Positions 11,760 to 24,631 of a stretch of 64,000 nt of DNA are shown here, piece after piece. Location of the stretch: positions 11,780,001-11,844,000 of the forward strand of contig NC_043010.1 of the NCBI RefSeq assembly GCF_006345805.1, written 5' to 3'. The translations under genes were made by a program, and so were the position numbers. This DNA comes from Octopus sinensis (lineage: Eukaryota). Each line of letters starts with the position of its first letter. Positions within the stretch are counted from its first letter, which is position 1. The notes under the pieces were generated by a model. That model saw only the letters and a program-made list of their open reading frames with translations, did no database searches and was not told where the DNA came from.

Positions 11760-12997
11760 CATACATGTATATATTTATACATATCTGTGTAAACACAATA
11801 CACACCACAAATACACCACACACAATATTTTTACGTATAGTATGCACTGTATGTTTGACTGTACCTAAGCAATGAAGATTTGTGTATATATATATATATA
11901 TAATGTATACGTATTTATGTGTGTGTATATTTAAGGAAAGTATGTGTTTCTATGTAATTATACATGCAAATATATCATACATATCTATATTGATATATAT
12001 GTATGATATATACAAGTGTTTACTAAAGCATCAGTATAGGTATATATATATATATATACATACATGTGTGTGTACAACTTTCAGTTTTCTCTCGCACACA
12101 CTGTCTTTGTGATCCTTTTGATGTAGTATAAAGCTTTTATCTCTGTTTATATACCAACAAAACTACTTAATATCAAATACATGTATGAAAGGCTTTCCGG
12201 ATGCAGTGTAAAAAAAAAAAAAATATAGGAAAAAGGAGAGAAAAAAAAATTATTAAAATAAAGTAAATTTTGTTTTCTGCCACCAAAATATGCTAAATAA
12301 AGGAATCCATTGTTCTGTCATTTGTTTCGTCATGGTGAAAGCTTTCTGTGATCATTAATTTGTCTTTTTCTTTTTATTATTTATTTGAGCATTCATTGAA
12401 ATATCTGCGTCCCGTTTGGTTGCTATTGAAGCATATTGTCAGCAGTTTTGTGTAATAGCAAATTCAGTGTACATCACACTTACATTGAAGTTTTGTAGCC
12501 TTAATCATCTAAATTATTCAAGGAGACAGCTAGTTGACTTGAATAAAACATGGGAACAGAGTGCTGGAGAGTTTAAGCACAGCATGCAACTCCAACGTCA
12601 ATGGGAGATATTAATTACGTGAATTGATTGAGGTATTTTTCACATATATGCCATGCAGCTTATATGTAAGCGATTCAGCAGCCATAACTGTATCTATCAC
12701 AATGCTGCTCAGATATGTAACAAAGAAAGCCAATGAAATCTCAATTTATAGCTGAGATTTTCATTTACGAAAACCTCTAAAACACCTCCTGCTTCACATT
12801 AAATTCTGTGAGAAATTATAAATTTCACTGAGACATCTTGGAAACTTTATTGCTGTGTCAGCTCTGATATTGAATTTATGATAGAGAAAAGTAATATAAT
12901 AAATATTATATCTCTTTTGACTCTTTCTTTAGAATTTTGTACTTTACTGCTTCACCGGTAATAATATTTACTCTATAAGGTTAAAATTTTATGTTAT

Positions 12998-13213
12998 CTC
13001 TTTTACTCTTTACTCTTTTACTTGTTTCAGTCATTTGACTGCGGCCATGCTGGAGCACCGCCTTTAGTCGAGCAAATCGACCCCGGGACTTATTCTTTGT
13101 AAGCCCAGTACTTATTCTATCGGTCTCTTTTGCCGAACCGCTAGGTGACGGGGACGTAAACACACCAGCATCGGTTGTCAAGCAATGCTAGGGGGACAAA
13201 CACAGACACACAA

Positions 13214-13244
<31 letters not shown>

Positions 13245-13415
13245 CATATATACGACAGGCTTCTTTCAGTTTCCGTCTACCAAATCCACTCACAAGGCAT
13301 TGGTTGGCCCGGGGTTATAGCAGAAGACACTTGCCCAACATGCCACGCAGTGGGATTGAACCCAGAACCATGTGGTTGGTTAGCAAGCTACTTACCACAC
13401 AGCCACTCCTGCGCC
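12998..13415 (-). mobile_element. SINE family A, full length
   Basis: Complete head, body and tail on minus strand. Confidence 0.92.
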
Positions 13416-14100
13416 TATATATTTGTTCTTTATATTCTTTATATCACATTTGGTAAACAATGGTATTGTTGATGAAAGATTTCCAGTGGACCTTACATTG
13501 GTTCATTGCATCTTTAAAAGAAAGAGTAAGAAGAGATTTCTTGTGCAACTTGGGTAGAATAACAACCACAGATATCATTTTTATACAACAGGCCTGTATT
13601 CCTTTTTTTTTTGTTTTTGTTATCTCAATTACATTACATCTTTTACAAAAGATGTACACAAACATTCGGATACAAATGCACACAGAAGCACATACACATA
13701 TAAATAAATGTACACAGACACATATACACATACATGATGGGACTGCACATAGTTTCTGACAACTAAATCCCACTTCCTAGCAATCAAGGTTATGGTAGAT
13801 ATGTACAAAGGTGCACTGTTGTTTCTATCAGGCTCAGAGCCAAGTTCTTGCAATATATATATATATATATATGTAATAGACTTCATAAATTTTCTAGGAT
13901 ATACATTTTGATGTGCTTTTTTATGTGTATATTTGCATATATACATATATGCACATATGTGTAAATATATGTATATGTATATATATACATATATGTACAT
14001 ATATGTGCATATATATATATACATATATGCACATATATGTGCATATATATATGTGTGTGTGTAAATATATGTATATGTATAGATACATATATACATATAC

Positions 14101-14157
<57 letters not shown>

Positions 14158-14164
14158 ACCTGCA

Positions 14165-14348
14165 TCGCCTTACTAGCACTTGTGCTAGTGGCACATGAAA
14201 AAACATTCGAGTGAGGTCGTTGCCAATGCCGCTGGACTGGCTCCTGTGCAAGTGGCACATAAAAAGCCCCATTTGTGCATGGCCATTGTCAGTACTGTCT
14301 GACTGACCCTCGTGCCGGTGGCACATAAAAGCACCTACTACACTCTCG
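14165..14348 (+). mobile_element. SINE family C fragment
   Basis: GTGGCACATAAAAGCACC subrepeats. Confidence 0.7.
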
Positions 14349-14399
14349 ACAATGAATCGACAACCTCAAGTAACTTTCCCTTAACAAAAATTTTAGTGG

Positions 14400-16880
14400 G
14401 GTTACTAACTTGCAGCTTAATGCATTACAACTGTTTTTATCAAGTTGATGGTCAAGCCAAAATCATTACAAGCTGAGTCAAATGCAAGAAATTGCAGACC
14501 TGTTTCAGAATGACTGACAAGATCGCAATCGTCAGCATACAAAAGTTCCCTAATGAGTGAAGTAAAAACCTTTGTTTTGAATTTCAGTCTGGTCAGATTA
14601 AAAACATTCCCTGTTGTTTGATATTTTATGTAAATACCCTCCTCGGAGTTTTGAAAAGCATGTGACAACACAACAGCAAAGTATTTTGCAAAGAGGGTGG
14701 GTGCATCAAAGTCTCCTTGCTTTACTCCATTTTCCACAGCAAAAGATTCAGAGAGCCTACCACCAAAATTAACTTTAGCTTTCATATCTTGATGCAAATC
14801 CCTGGTAATGTTTACAAATTTTTCTGGGCAACCTATTTCCCTTAGAATTAGCCACAAGGCATTTCGATTAACAGTATCGAATCCTTTACTCAAATCAACA
14901 AAGCAATGGTATAGAGCAAGATTCTGTTCAATGCACTTTTCTTGTAATTGTCTGACAGTAAAGATACAATCAGCTGTGCCCCTGGAGGAACGAAACCCAC
15001 ACTGAGACTCAGATACTATATATGGAACTATAAAGGTATTTAAACGTTCTAACTAAATGCAGGCAAGTACCTTTCCTACCACAGACAAAAGTGAAATCCC
15101 ACAAAAATGACCACACAGATCTTTTGGCCTCAATTTATACAAGGAGACTAAAATGGCATCAATCCAGTCTTGAGGCACTTTCTCAGTTCTCCAACAGTGA
15201 CAAATTAATATATTTAAGAGTTCAAACATTTTGTCACCCTCATATTTCAAGACTTCTGTACAGATTCCACCAGACCCTGGAGACTTATTGTTATTCAGCT
15301 TATTCACAGCTAAATAAATGTCATTTAGAATTGGTTCAAATACCATCTCTTCTATAACTAGAAGGTGTTCTATTTTTTCTATCATCCTCATGTCAATGGA
15401 TGATGGTCTATTCAAAAATGCAGAAAAATGTTCTACCCAACGCTTATGAATAGTAGCAGTGTCAGTCAGAAGAAAACGTCCATTTGCTATTCTCACTGGA
15501 GCTATTGAGGAAGATTTGGGGGTCATATACCTCCTTAACATAAGAGTACCTTGGCATCATTTCTATCAGCTGCTTCTTGTGCCCCATTTGCTCTATCATT
15601 CCACCATTCCTGTTTAATTTTCCTTAGAGCAGTCTGCACTTTCCTTTTCAGCTTTCTGTAAGTTTTGTTTGAGTTGGGATTCAAGGACTAAGAAAGAAGT
15701 GTATTGCCTAAGTTTTGTTTTTTCTAAAAGTAGATCATTGAATTTCTGCTGATCTTTCTGAGAACCAGCAACTGGATTTATGAGATTTAAATCCCACTGA
15801 TGAACTTGCAATTGAAATACTTCTGTTTTGAAATCTTCCCATAGACTGTTTGCGTCAAGATTGATACTTTCCATAGCATTGTGGAATCTTTGCAATTTGC
15901 TTGATAATTAAAAAGTTTGCAACATTTAACTTTTTGGGTACCTTAGGACCAGACTATCGATTTTTAGGCATTATCGAACAATCTATTTTTCCACACACTA
16001 GATGATCGTCAGTCCAGCTCTCTGCCCCTCTCATGACCCGAACGCTAGAAACATCTTTGATATCCCATTTCCTAATCAGAATATAATCTATGAGATTCCA
16101 GTGCTTAGATCTTGGGTGCATCGAGGTGGTTTTATCTTTATTTTTCTGCTTAAATTGAGTGTTGGTAACAACCATATTATTCTCAATACAAAACATCAAA
16201 AGAGCTATTCCATTTTTATTGCATTTTCCAATCCCACGTCGACCTAAAACAGGCCATGAAATATAGTCCTTTCCAACTCTTGCATTGAAATCTCTCAATA
16301 TAACCAGCTTGTCAGAAATTGGTACTTTCCGCAATAATCATGCTTCATTAAACTGTCCTACAGTTTCATCAGAATGGGACATTGTTGGTGCATAAATACT
16401 GACAATGGTAAGAAACCTACCTTTCATCAGTTTAATACAGCATGACATGGTCCATTCAGATATACCACTTGGAAGCTCTGCAATGGAGGATACTAATGCA
16501 TTCTTGAGAGCAAATCCAACGACAGATTCTCAACACTGACCATTAGGTAGGCCTCTCCAAAAGATAGTATATCCATAAGTAGTTTCATTTACTTCACCCT
16601 CACCAGAGAGATGACATTCAGAGAGTGCAACTATATCAAGGGAATATTACTTGGCTCACATTCAGTAAGTGCAGTAAGCCTTTCTGGCCTCTTGTTGAAA
16701 TCACCATCAAGAAGTGTGCACACATTCCAACAACTGAAATTCAAAGGATGTTTATTTTTCCTTTTTCTTGAAGATAATTTGACCACAGTGGCAGGATGAC
16801 AACTGGGTCTAGCCTGTGGTACACTGGGTCACCTGCAGAGCCAGACCTGTTGCCCTGACGTTCCCAAACCTTTTTTGCCA
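14400..16880 (-). mobile_element. RTE-clade LINE (APE endonuclease + RT), decayed, 3'-truncated
   Basis: ORF 15954-16334 DFNARVG...HPRSKHWNLIDYIL...WTDDHLV (APE); 15053-15541 RWVEHFS...KSPGSGGI; 14417-14893 SKGFDTV...NGVKQG...LLYADD; multiple frameshifts. Confidence 0.95.
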
Positions 16881-17426
16881 TTTACTGAATCTGTTTGAGA
16901 CATTTTAGAATAAGTTACATGTGAATTTTTAGGTTTCTACCAACCAAGGTTAAAGAGCTTCTACCTGCCCATGAGGTAAGCTCTCCCATTCCAGACACCA
17001 AACTGACACTCAGACACTCTATAAGACCAACGCAGAGTAGCTCATTCATAAAAGAATAATAAAAAAAAAGAAAGGTACGATATGTGATTTGCAAATGTAA
17101 ATAAGAGTTATATATAAATATAAAAAAGTAAAAGATATGCAATTAAAAGATTAAAATAAAATCTATATATATGATGATGATGATGATGATATAAAGTAAA
17201 ATTATACATATATACACAATATAAAAAACATCCGGCACTAGTCGCCATGATAGATCGTTAGCCACTACCCACATTTTTTTCTGTCCTTGTTTTTTCTGTG
17301 TCCCTTTCTGTAGAAGAGCGTAGACTCGAAACATAAAAGACTTTCTCTATTCCTGAGCGTTATATTAATACATCTGTTTGTTTTGTACACCACCTGTCTT
17401 CATCTTTTGTTTTATTCGTAAACTCT

Positions 17427-17471
<45 letters not shown>

Positions 17472-17656
17472 CATTTTGCTGGATGGCCGTTGACTGTTCA
17501 GGAGTTCATCCGCCCTTTGACAGATCTTACTTTTCATCCTGCAGGGTGTCCAACAACACCCTCCTCACCAAACAAGCCTAGTGGGGTTGCCAGTTAAGTC
17601 GCCGACGACCCGACCATGCGACAGGTTGTACTGGATTACATGTTACCAGTAGCACT

Positions 17657-17795
17657 CATATAACAATGATTAAGTAATGTACAAAAAAGTAAATAAAACC
17701 TATATATTTGGTATATATTTGGTAGAATAACTATATATACCAAATATCTACGTTTTATTTATTTTTTTTGCACATTACTTAATCATCGTTATATG
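17657..17795. repeat. Imperfect foldback inverted repeat
   Basis: CATATAACAATGATTAAGTAATGT ... ACATTACTTAATCATCGTTATATG. Confidence 0.8.
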
Positions 17796-17894
17796 TTTTA
17801 TCTTATATTTAATCTGACTATAATATGTAATTTTTCTAAATGGTATAATTTAATTTTTCATTATTGAATTGATAAAAGGTGTTTTTTTCTCATT

Positions 17895-17931
<37 letters not shown>

Positions 17932-17939
17932 ATATACAT

Positions 17940-18190
17940 ACATGGCACATAAAAAGCACTATCTGAACATGATCGATGCCAGGCCCACCTGACTGGCTCT
18001 TGTGCCGGTGGCACATAAAAAGCACTCACTACACTCTCAGAGTGGTCGGCGTTAGGAAGGGCATCCAGTTGTAGGAACATTGCCAGATCAGGTTGGAGCC
18101 TGGTGCAGCTGCCGGCTCTCCAGACTTCAGTCAAACCATTAAACCCATGCAAGCATGGAAAATGGATGCTAAACGATGATGATGATGATG
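17940..18190 (+). mobile_element. SINE family C
   Basis: GGCGTTAGGAAGGGCATCCAG core and (GAT)n tail. Confidence 0.85.
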
Positions 18191-18810
18191 ATTTATTTAA
18201 TTATTCATTTATTTATCACCTGACGAGATACATATCTGCATCACCGGATGCTCCTGAACCAGCTGTTGAGTGTCCCACCTAAGAGTAATCAATGCTAGAT
18301 GTGTTGAAACAATTGTCTTCATTAATAATAAATTCTCATATATTCCATCTTCCATCTTTCATTTGATATGTATATATATGAGTGTGTGTATATTTGTATG
18401 TACATATCTATATTTATAAGTGTGTGTATGAGTGCATCTTTGTGTCTGTATTTGTCCCCCACCCCTCACACTTGACAACCAGCACTGGTTTGTTTATGTC
18501 TCTATAGCTTAAGCTGTGACTGAGGGTGCCTAAACACTTATATTGCATGCTTTTAACAGCATTAAGAGTTTTTAACTTTTATTTCTTACAAAATAGGTGT
18601 TTCAGCACCTTTAGTCATAATTAGTGATCATAAAATGTTTCCTTGCAATTTATATATACATACATACATACATACATACATACATACATAAATACGCAAT
18701 ACACACACGCATATATATATATATATAACTGGATAATAATATGTCATAATATTATATATTCTCTGGTTTGTTTATGAATATTAAATATAAATATATATAT
18801 ATATATATAT

Positions 18811-19034
18811 ATCACGTGATCACGTGACCGACCAGACCATCAGATGTTGCTACACATCGCTGGTCACAATGCATTCGCATTGTTTTAGCCTTCGAATGAC
18901 GCCACCCCGCTGGCTAAGCGAGCAGGTCAACAGCAGAAAGAGCTTCTTTGGTGTTTTCACTCAATAAACACACACAACGCCCGGTCTGGGAATCGAAACC
19001 ACGATCCTATGACCGCGAGTCCACTGCCCTAACC
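18811..19034. mobile_element. Short repeat E (18811-18942) abutting a family-D tRNA head on minus strand (~18947-19034)
   Basis: ATCACGTGATCACGTGACCGACCAGACCATCAGATGTTGCTACACATCGCTGG recurs at 47730-47838; head matches 35760-35855. Confidence 0.75.
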
Positions 19035-19052
19035 ACTGGGCCATTGCACCTC

Positions 19053-19088
<36 letters not shown>

Positions 19089-19249
19089 ATATATATATAG
19101 ATATATATATATATAATATATATATATATTATTTTAATTTACAAGGAAAGGTTGACAGTTATTTTGATGCATACATATATATATATATATACACACACAG
19201 ATATACATACGTATATATATATATACGTATATATATATATACAATTAAG

Positions 19250-20155
19250 GATATGAAAACAAGGAGAGCTCCTGGCACATCAGGAATTACCACTGAGATG
19301 CTTAAAATATCTGGCAAGGTGGGTATTGGTCTAGTCACCCATATTATAAATCAGGTGGTTCATGAAGGAGTCATACCCAATGACTGGTGTAGCAGCATCA
19401 TAGTCAATGGCTACAAAGGTAAAGCTGATGTCCGAGACAGAAATAATTACCAAGGTATCAAACTGTTGGATCTGATGATGAATGTTACAGAGAGGGTCAT
19501 AACCCATGGGAGAGAGTTAGTCTAGATGAGATGCAGTTTCATTTTGCACCAGAGAGAAGACCACTGATGTTTCATTTCTGGTAAGGCTGCTGCAGGAGGA
19601 ATACATATATTTCTTTACTACCCACAAGGGGCTAAATACAGCGGGGACAAACAAGGACAGACAAAGGGATTAAGTCGATTACATCGACCCCAGTGCGTAA
19701 CTGGTACTTAATTTATCGACCAAGGAAGGATGAAAGGCAAAGTCCACCTTGGCGAAATTTGAACTCGGAACGTAACGACAGACGAAATACGGCTACACAT
19801 TTCGTCCGGCGTGCTAACGTTTCTGCCAGCTTGTCACCTTACTTAGCGGTTCGGCAAAATATATAACCAAAGATAAACCTCTGTACTTGGCTTTTGTTGA
19901 TTTGGAGAAAGCCTTTGACAGGGTCCCCCAATCCCTTATGTGGTGGTCAATGTGGAAACTAGGGATAGATGAGTAGTCGGTGAGAACTGTACAAACCATG
20001 TACAGGGACACTGTCAGTAAGGTGAGGGTTTGTAACAAGTACAGCAGAGAACTCAGGATAGATGTAGGGGTTCACCAAGGACCAGTTCTCAGCCCCTTCT
20101 TGTTTTCCATAGTCCTCCAGGCAATAACAGAGGAATTTAAGACAGGCTGCCCCTA
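19250..20155 (+). mobile_element. RTE-clade LINE RT fragment interrupted by a family-B SINE
   Basis: ORF 19253-19525 RAPGTSGITTEMLK...IPNDW...GIKLLD; after SINE, LAFVDLEKAFDRVP...GVHQGPVLSPFLF (manual translation). Confidence 0.9.
19610..19832 (-). mobile_element. SINE family B
   Basis: Reverse complement of 34034-34266 type. Confidence 0.9.
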
Positions 20156-20307
20156 AGCGTCCAATAACACTATACTTGTTCCATGTCTTCGCGGTGTTGT
20201 GTTTTCTCTTTGTTCATGTTTGGATTAATTAACTACATACATACGTACGTACGTACATACGTACATACATACATACATACATACATGCATACATACATAC
20301 ATACATG

Positions 20308-20339
<32 letters not shown>

Positions 20340-21380
20340 CATACCAGCAGAGAACCAGAAAGATTTAGGTGAGCAATCAGAAGTAAAAAACAAGACAGCA
20401 CTTAAGACAGGTGGAAAGGAAAGAAGGAGCTGTTTTGCAGACCAGAAACCTAGTTCAAATCCTTGCTGTGGACAGGACCCTCTTAAGGTCACCCAAACGT
20501 AAGGTCACATAGTAAAATAGATAAAGTTTTAAGAAGTTTTAACACTTTTGTTACCATATTTCTCTTGAAATGCACTGCTTTTGTTTCAATTAATTTTGGA
20601 AATGATAAAGAACTTATCAAAATAACTTTGTCGTTATTAAGGTAGCGTTTGGAATATGAATTAACATGGAATTTTGACAAAAGATTTTAATTTAGATTAG
20701 TTTAAATCAAGGAATAGTTATCATTTAACTGAACACTACTGGTTTCTTATATCAAATATGCTCCAAAATTTCAAGAGGATCAGGTGTAGGACATATGTCC
20801 AAGAAGGACCAATGCATTTTTGAGAAGTAACACTAAACACTGGCCTTTAGTCTATGGGGTTTTATGCATACCAGCAAATCACATGTAGCTGTTGTGATCA
20901 TTTGCATGTGTATGCCATGCGTGAAAGGAAACATGCAGATACCCACATGCACTCACACCTATATACATGTATACACACTTATACGCACAAACTCATACAC
21001 ATGCAAACATGTTTATAAACACTTGCATACGTAAATACATATATACAAATTTTATGCATTTAAACAGACACATATATACCATTTTTATAATGCATATAGA
21101 TATAGATATCTATATACATAGATATGATTTTTTTCTAGTTTTTGCTCATTACCTGGCATACACACATATCACATATATTAATATGTGTGTGCCCACGCAT
21201 GTATGTGTATGTCTCTGTGTGTGTGTGTATGTGCATATGTGTTTCTGTGTTTATGTGTATGTGTGTGAGTGTATATATATTTCCTGAGCGCCATACTAAT
21301 ACAATTGTTCGTTTGTTTTCCACCTGCCTTCGTCTTTTGTTTATTTTCATAAAGCTTCCCGTTATATATATATATATATT

Positions 21381-21603
21381 TCTTTACTACCCACAAGGGG
21401 CTAAATATAGAGGGGACAAACAAGGACAGACAAATGGATTAAGTCGATTACATCGACCCCAGTGCGAAACTGGTACTTTATTTATCTACCCCGAAAGGAT
21501 GAAAGGCAAAGTCTACCTCGGCAGAATTTGAACTCAGAACATAACGTCAGACGAAATACCGCTAAGAATTTCGCCCGGGCGCTAACGTTTCTGCCAGCTC
21601 GCC
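21381..21603 (-). mobile_element. SINE family B
   Basis: Full-length minus-strand copy. Confidence 0.9.
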
Positions 21604-21607
21604 TTAT

Positions 21608-21653
<46 letters not shown>

Positions 21654-21879
21654 AATTATATATATATATATATACAAATTATATAATATATGTGTGTGCA
21701 TATGTATGCACATGTAATTATAAATATACATATATTCATAATTGCATATGTATATATATACACATGCACATATCTACTCACATGGACACACAGACACACA
21801 CACACACATATACATAACACTGTAAACAATATATATAAAATTGCCTGAAAATTTAATCAATGAAAGAAAAAGAAGTTTA

Positions 21880-22080
21880 GTGCAAAAGTTCTATCAAGCT
21901 TCATGAATTTCAATCTCATTTAGATTTCTGGAAAAGATAACTTGAGAATATTTCATTTAAAGAAAGGGTGAGAGATTCCACCAAGATCTTTTAACAATGG
22001 AAAAGCGATTTCAATGGAGATTGAAATATGAGGATAATAGATAGAAGAAGAGGGCTATATTTGGCATCTAATCCAGGCTG
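21880..22080 (+). mobile_element. Chapaev-like (CMC superfamily) transposase C-terminal remnant
   Basis: Manual translation across frameshifts SIKLHEFQSHLDF...GERFHQDLLTMEKRFQ resembles the motif SLKIHFLHSHLDFF...GERFHQDIKEMERRYQ (recalled, not searched). Confidence 0.55.
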
Positions 22081-22525
22081 CTTCTTCAAAATATGGTAAA
22101 TGGTAAATAATACCAACACATGGTGTCCCGTTTGATTCCTGCAACTTTAATTCAGCTTTTTGACTTTTAGTTATTTGTATTTAATAAGGTTTTCTCTTTG
22201 ATTTTTAAAATTATCATTTTTTCTTTTTCCATATATTTATTGCATGTAAAAGGTGAGTGAAGTACTTGAAGTAGCTCTTCTGAAGTTTCCATTTGTTACT
22301 CTTTAATATTAACCACATTTGATCTATCATCTATAAAATGCAGCTCACATAATCTTCACAGTGGGTAAAGTCATTTCAATTACGGTTGTAAATATTTTCC
22401 ACGTTTCCCCAAACATAACTCTATCTCTTTCGTCTGCTACATTTATTTCATTTCCTCTCTAGCTTTCTCCTTTCTCTCATCTCGCACACACTCTCTCTCT
22501 TTCTTTCTCTGTGTCTTTATATATG

Positions 22526-22940
22526 TATTTCTTTACTACCCACAAGGGGCTAAACATAAAAGGGACAAACAAGGACAGAGAAACGGATTAAGTCGATTAT
22601 ATCGACCCCAGTGCGAAACTGATATTTTATTTATCAACCCCAAAAGGATGAAAGGCAAAGTTGACCTCGACGGAATTTGAACTCAGAATGTAACGGCAGA
22701 TGAAATACCTATTTCTTTACTACCCACAAGGGGCTAAACATAAAGGGGACAAACAAGGACAGACAAATGGATTAAGTCGATTATATCAACCCCAGTGCGA
22801 AACTGGTAATTTATTTATCGACCCCGAAGGGATGAAAGGCAAAGTCGACCTTGGCGGAATTTGAACTCAGAACGTAATGACAGACGAAATACCGCGAAGC
22901 ATTTCACCCGGCGCGCTACCGTTTCTGCCAGCTCGCCGCC
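22526..22940 (-). mobile_element. SINE family B head-to-tail dimer
   Basis: Full copy 22940-22710, then headless copy 22709-22526; junction AAAGAAATAGG|TATTTCATCTGCC. Confidence 0.9.
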
Positions 22941-23069
22941 CTATATATGTGTCTTTATATATGAGTGTGTGTATATCTGTGCTCTCATTATATAATTGTG
23001 TCTCATCATCAACATCATTAGCATCATCATCATTTAACATCATCAGCATCATCATCCATTTTCCATGCT

Positions 23070-23565
23070 GTATTTGACTTTTGTTGATTTCGAGAAAGCC
23101 TTTGACAGGGTCCCCCAATCCCTTATCTGGTGGTCAATGTGGAAACTAGGGATAGATGAGTAGTTGGTGAGAGCTGTACAAGCCATGTACAGGGACTCTG
23201 TCAGTAAGGTGAGGGTTGGCAGAAACGTTAGCATGCCGTATTTCGTCTGCCGTATTTCGTCTGCCGTATTTCGTCTGCCGTATTTCGTCTGCCGTATTTC
23301 GTCTGCCGTATTTCGTCTGCCGTATTTCGTCTGCCGTTCTGAGTTCAAATTCCCCCGAGGTCGACTTTGCCTTTCCTCCTTTCGGGGTCGATTAAATAAG
23401 TACCAGTTATGCACTGGGGTCGATATAATCGACTTAATCCGTTTGTCTGTCCTTGTTTGTCCCCTCTGTGTTTAGGCCCTTGTGGGTAGTAAAGGAATAA
23501 GTAAGGTGAGGGTTGGTAACGAGTACAGCAGAGAACTCAGGGTAGATTTTGGGGTTCACCAAGGA
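23070..23565 (+). mobile_element. RTE RT fragment with inserted family-B SINE (17-bp TSD)
   Basis: FVDFEKAFDRVP...; TSD AGTAAGGTGAGGGTTGG at 23203-23219 and 23500-23516. Confidence 0.9.
23235..23332 (+). repeat. 14-bp tandem repeat (GCCGTATTTCGTCT)x7 inside a family-B SINE
   Basis: Seven exact units counted. Confidence 0.95.
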
Positions 23566-24177
23566 AAAAATGGATGGGTTGAACAGAAACAGGAACAGGC
23601 AAGGCCAAGGGCTGCACCAGGTTCCTTCATCAGTTTTGGCTTGGCTTTTAGAACAAGATGCCCTTTCTAATACCAACCACTCCACAAAGGGTACTGGGTG
23701 CTTTTAATAAGGAACCATCATCAGTGCTTATTAATTGGCACAAGAACCAGAGCTTTTTACATGTCACCCTCACCCACATGAATACTATATATAAAATCAT
23801 CTTCATCATGCTGGCATGGATTGGGTGATTTGACCAGATCCAGTGAGCCACACAGCCGCATCATGCTCCATGTCAGATTTTAAAAAGTTTCTGCAGTTGG
23901 GTGCCCTCCCTTAATTCCAGCCACTTTACAGTATGTTATGGGTGCTATTTTTCATACCACCATCACTAGTGGGATCGTCAGGTAACTCACAAGGCAGGAA
24001 AGAACAAGTAAAAAGTAAAATGGGAAAAGGGAAACGCCCTCTTGGCTCGATGTGGGTGGGAGAGCACTTAAGAAAGTAGAGAGGCGATTTTATGCCAGGG
24101 ACAAGCAGCGGTAGAGATGTCTTACTATAGAGAAAATACATGGCTACTCAGCATTTCTGTATAAATATGTATGTATA

Positions 24178-24369
24178 GGCATAGGAGTGGCTGTGTGGTA
24201 AATAGTTTGCTTACGAACCACATGGCTCCGGGTTCAGTCCCACTGCGTGGCACCTTGGGCAAGTGTCTTCTGCTATAGCCTCAGGCTGAGCAAAGCCTTG
24301 TGAGTGGATTTGGTAGACAGAAACTGAAAGAAGCCTGTCATATATATGTATATATATATATATATATAC

Positions 24370-24409
<40 letters not shown>

Positions 24410-24631
24410 TATATATATATTATATATATATATATATATTATATATGTGTGTGTGTGTGTGTGTTTGTGTCTGTGTTTATGTCCCCGTAACTTAGCAGTT
24501 CTGCAAAAGAGACAGATAGAATAATTACTAGGCTTACAAAGAATAAGTCCTGGGGTTGATTTGCTCAACTAAAGGAGGTGCTCCAGCATGGCCACAGTCA
24601 AATGACTGAAACAAGTAAAAGAGTAAAAGAG
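24178..24631 (+). mobile_element. SINE family A
   Basis: Full length with expanded TA tract. Confidence 0.9.
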
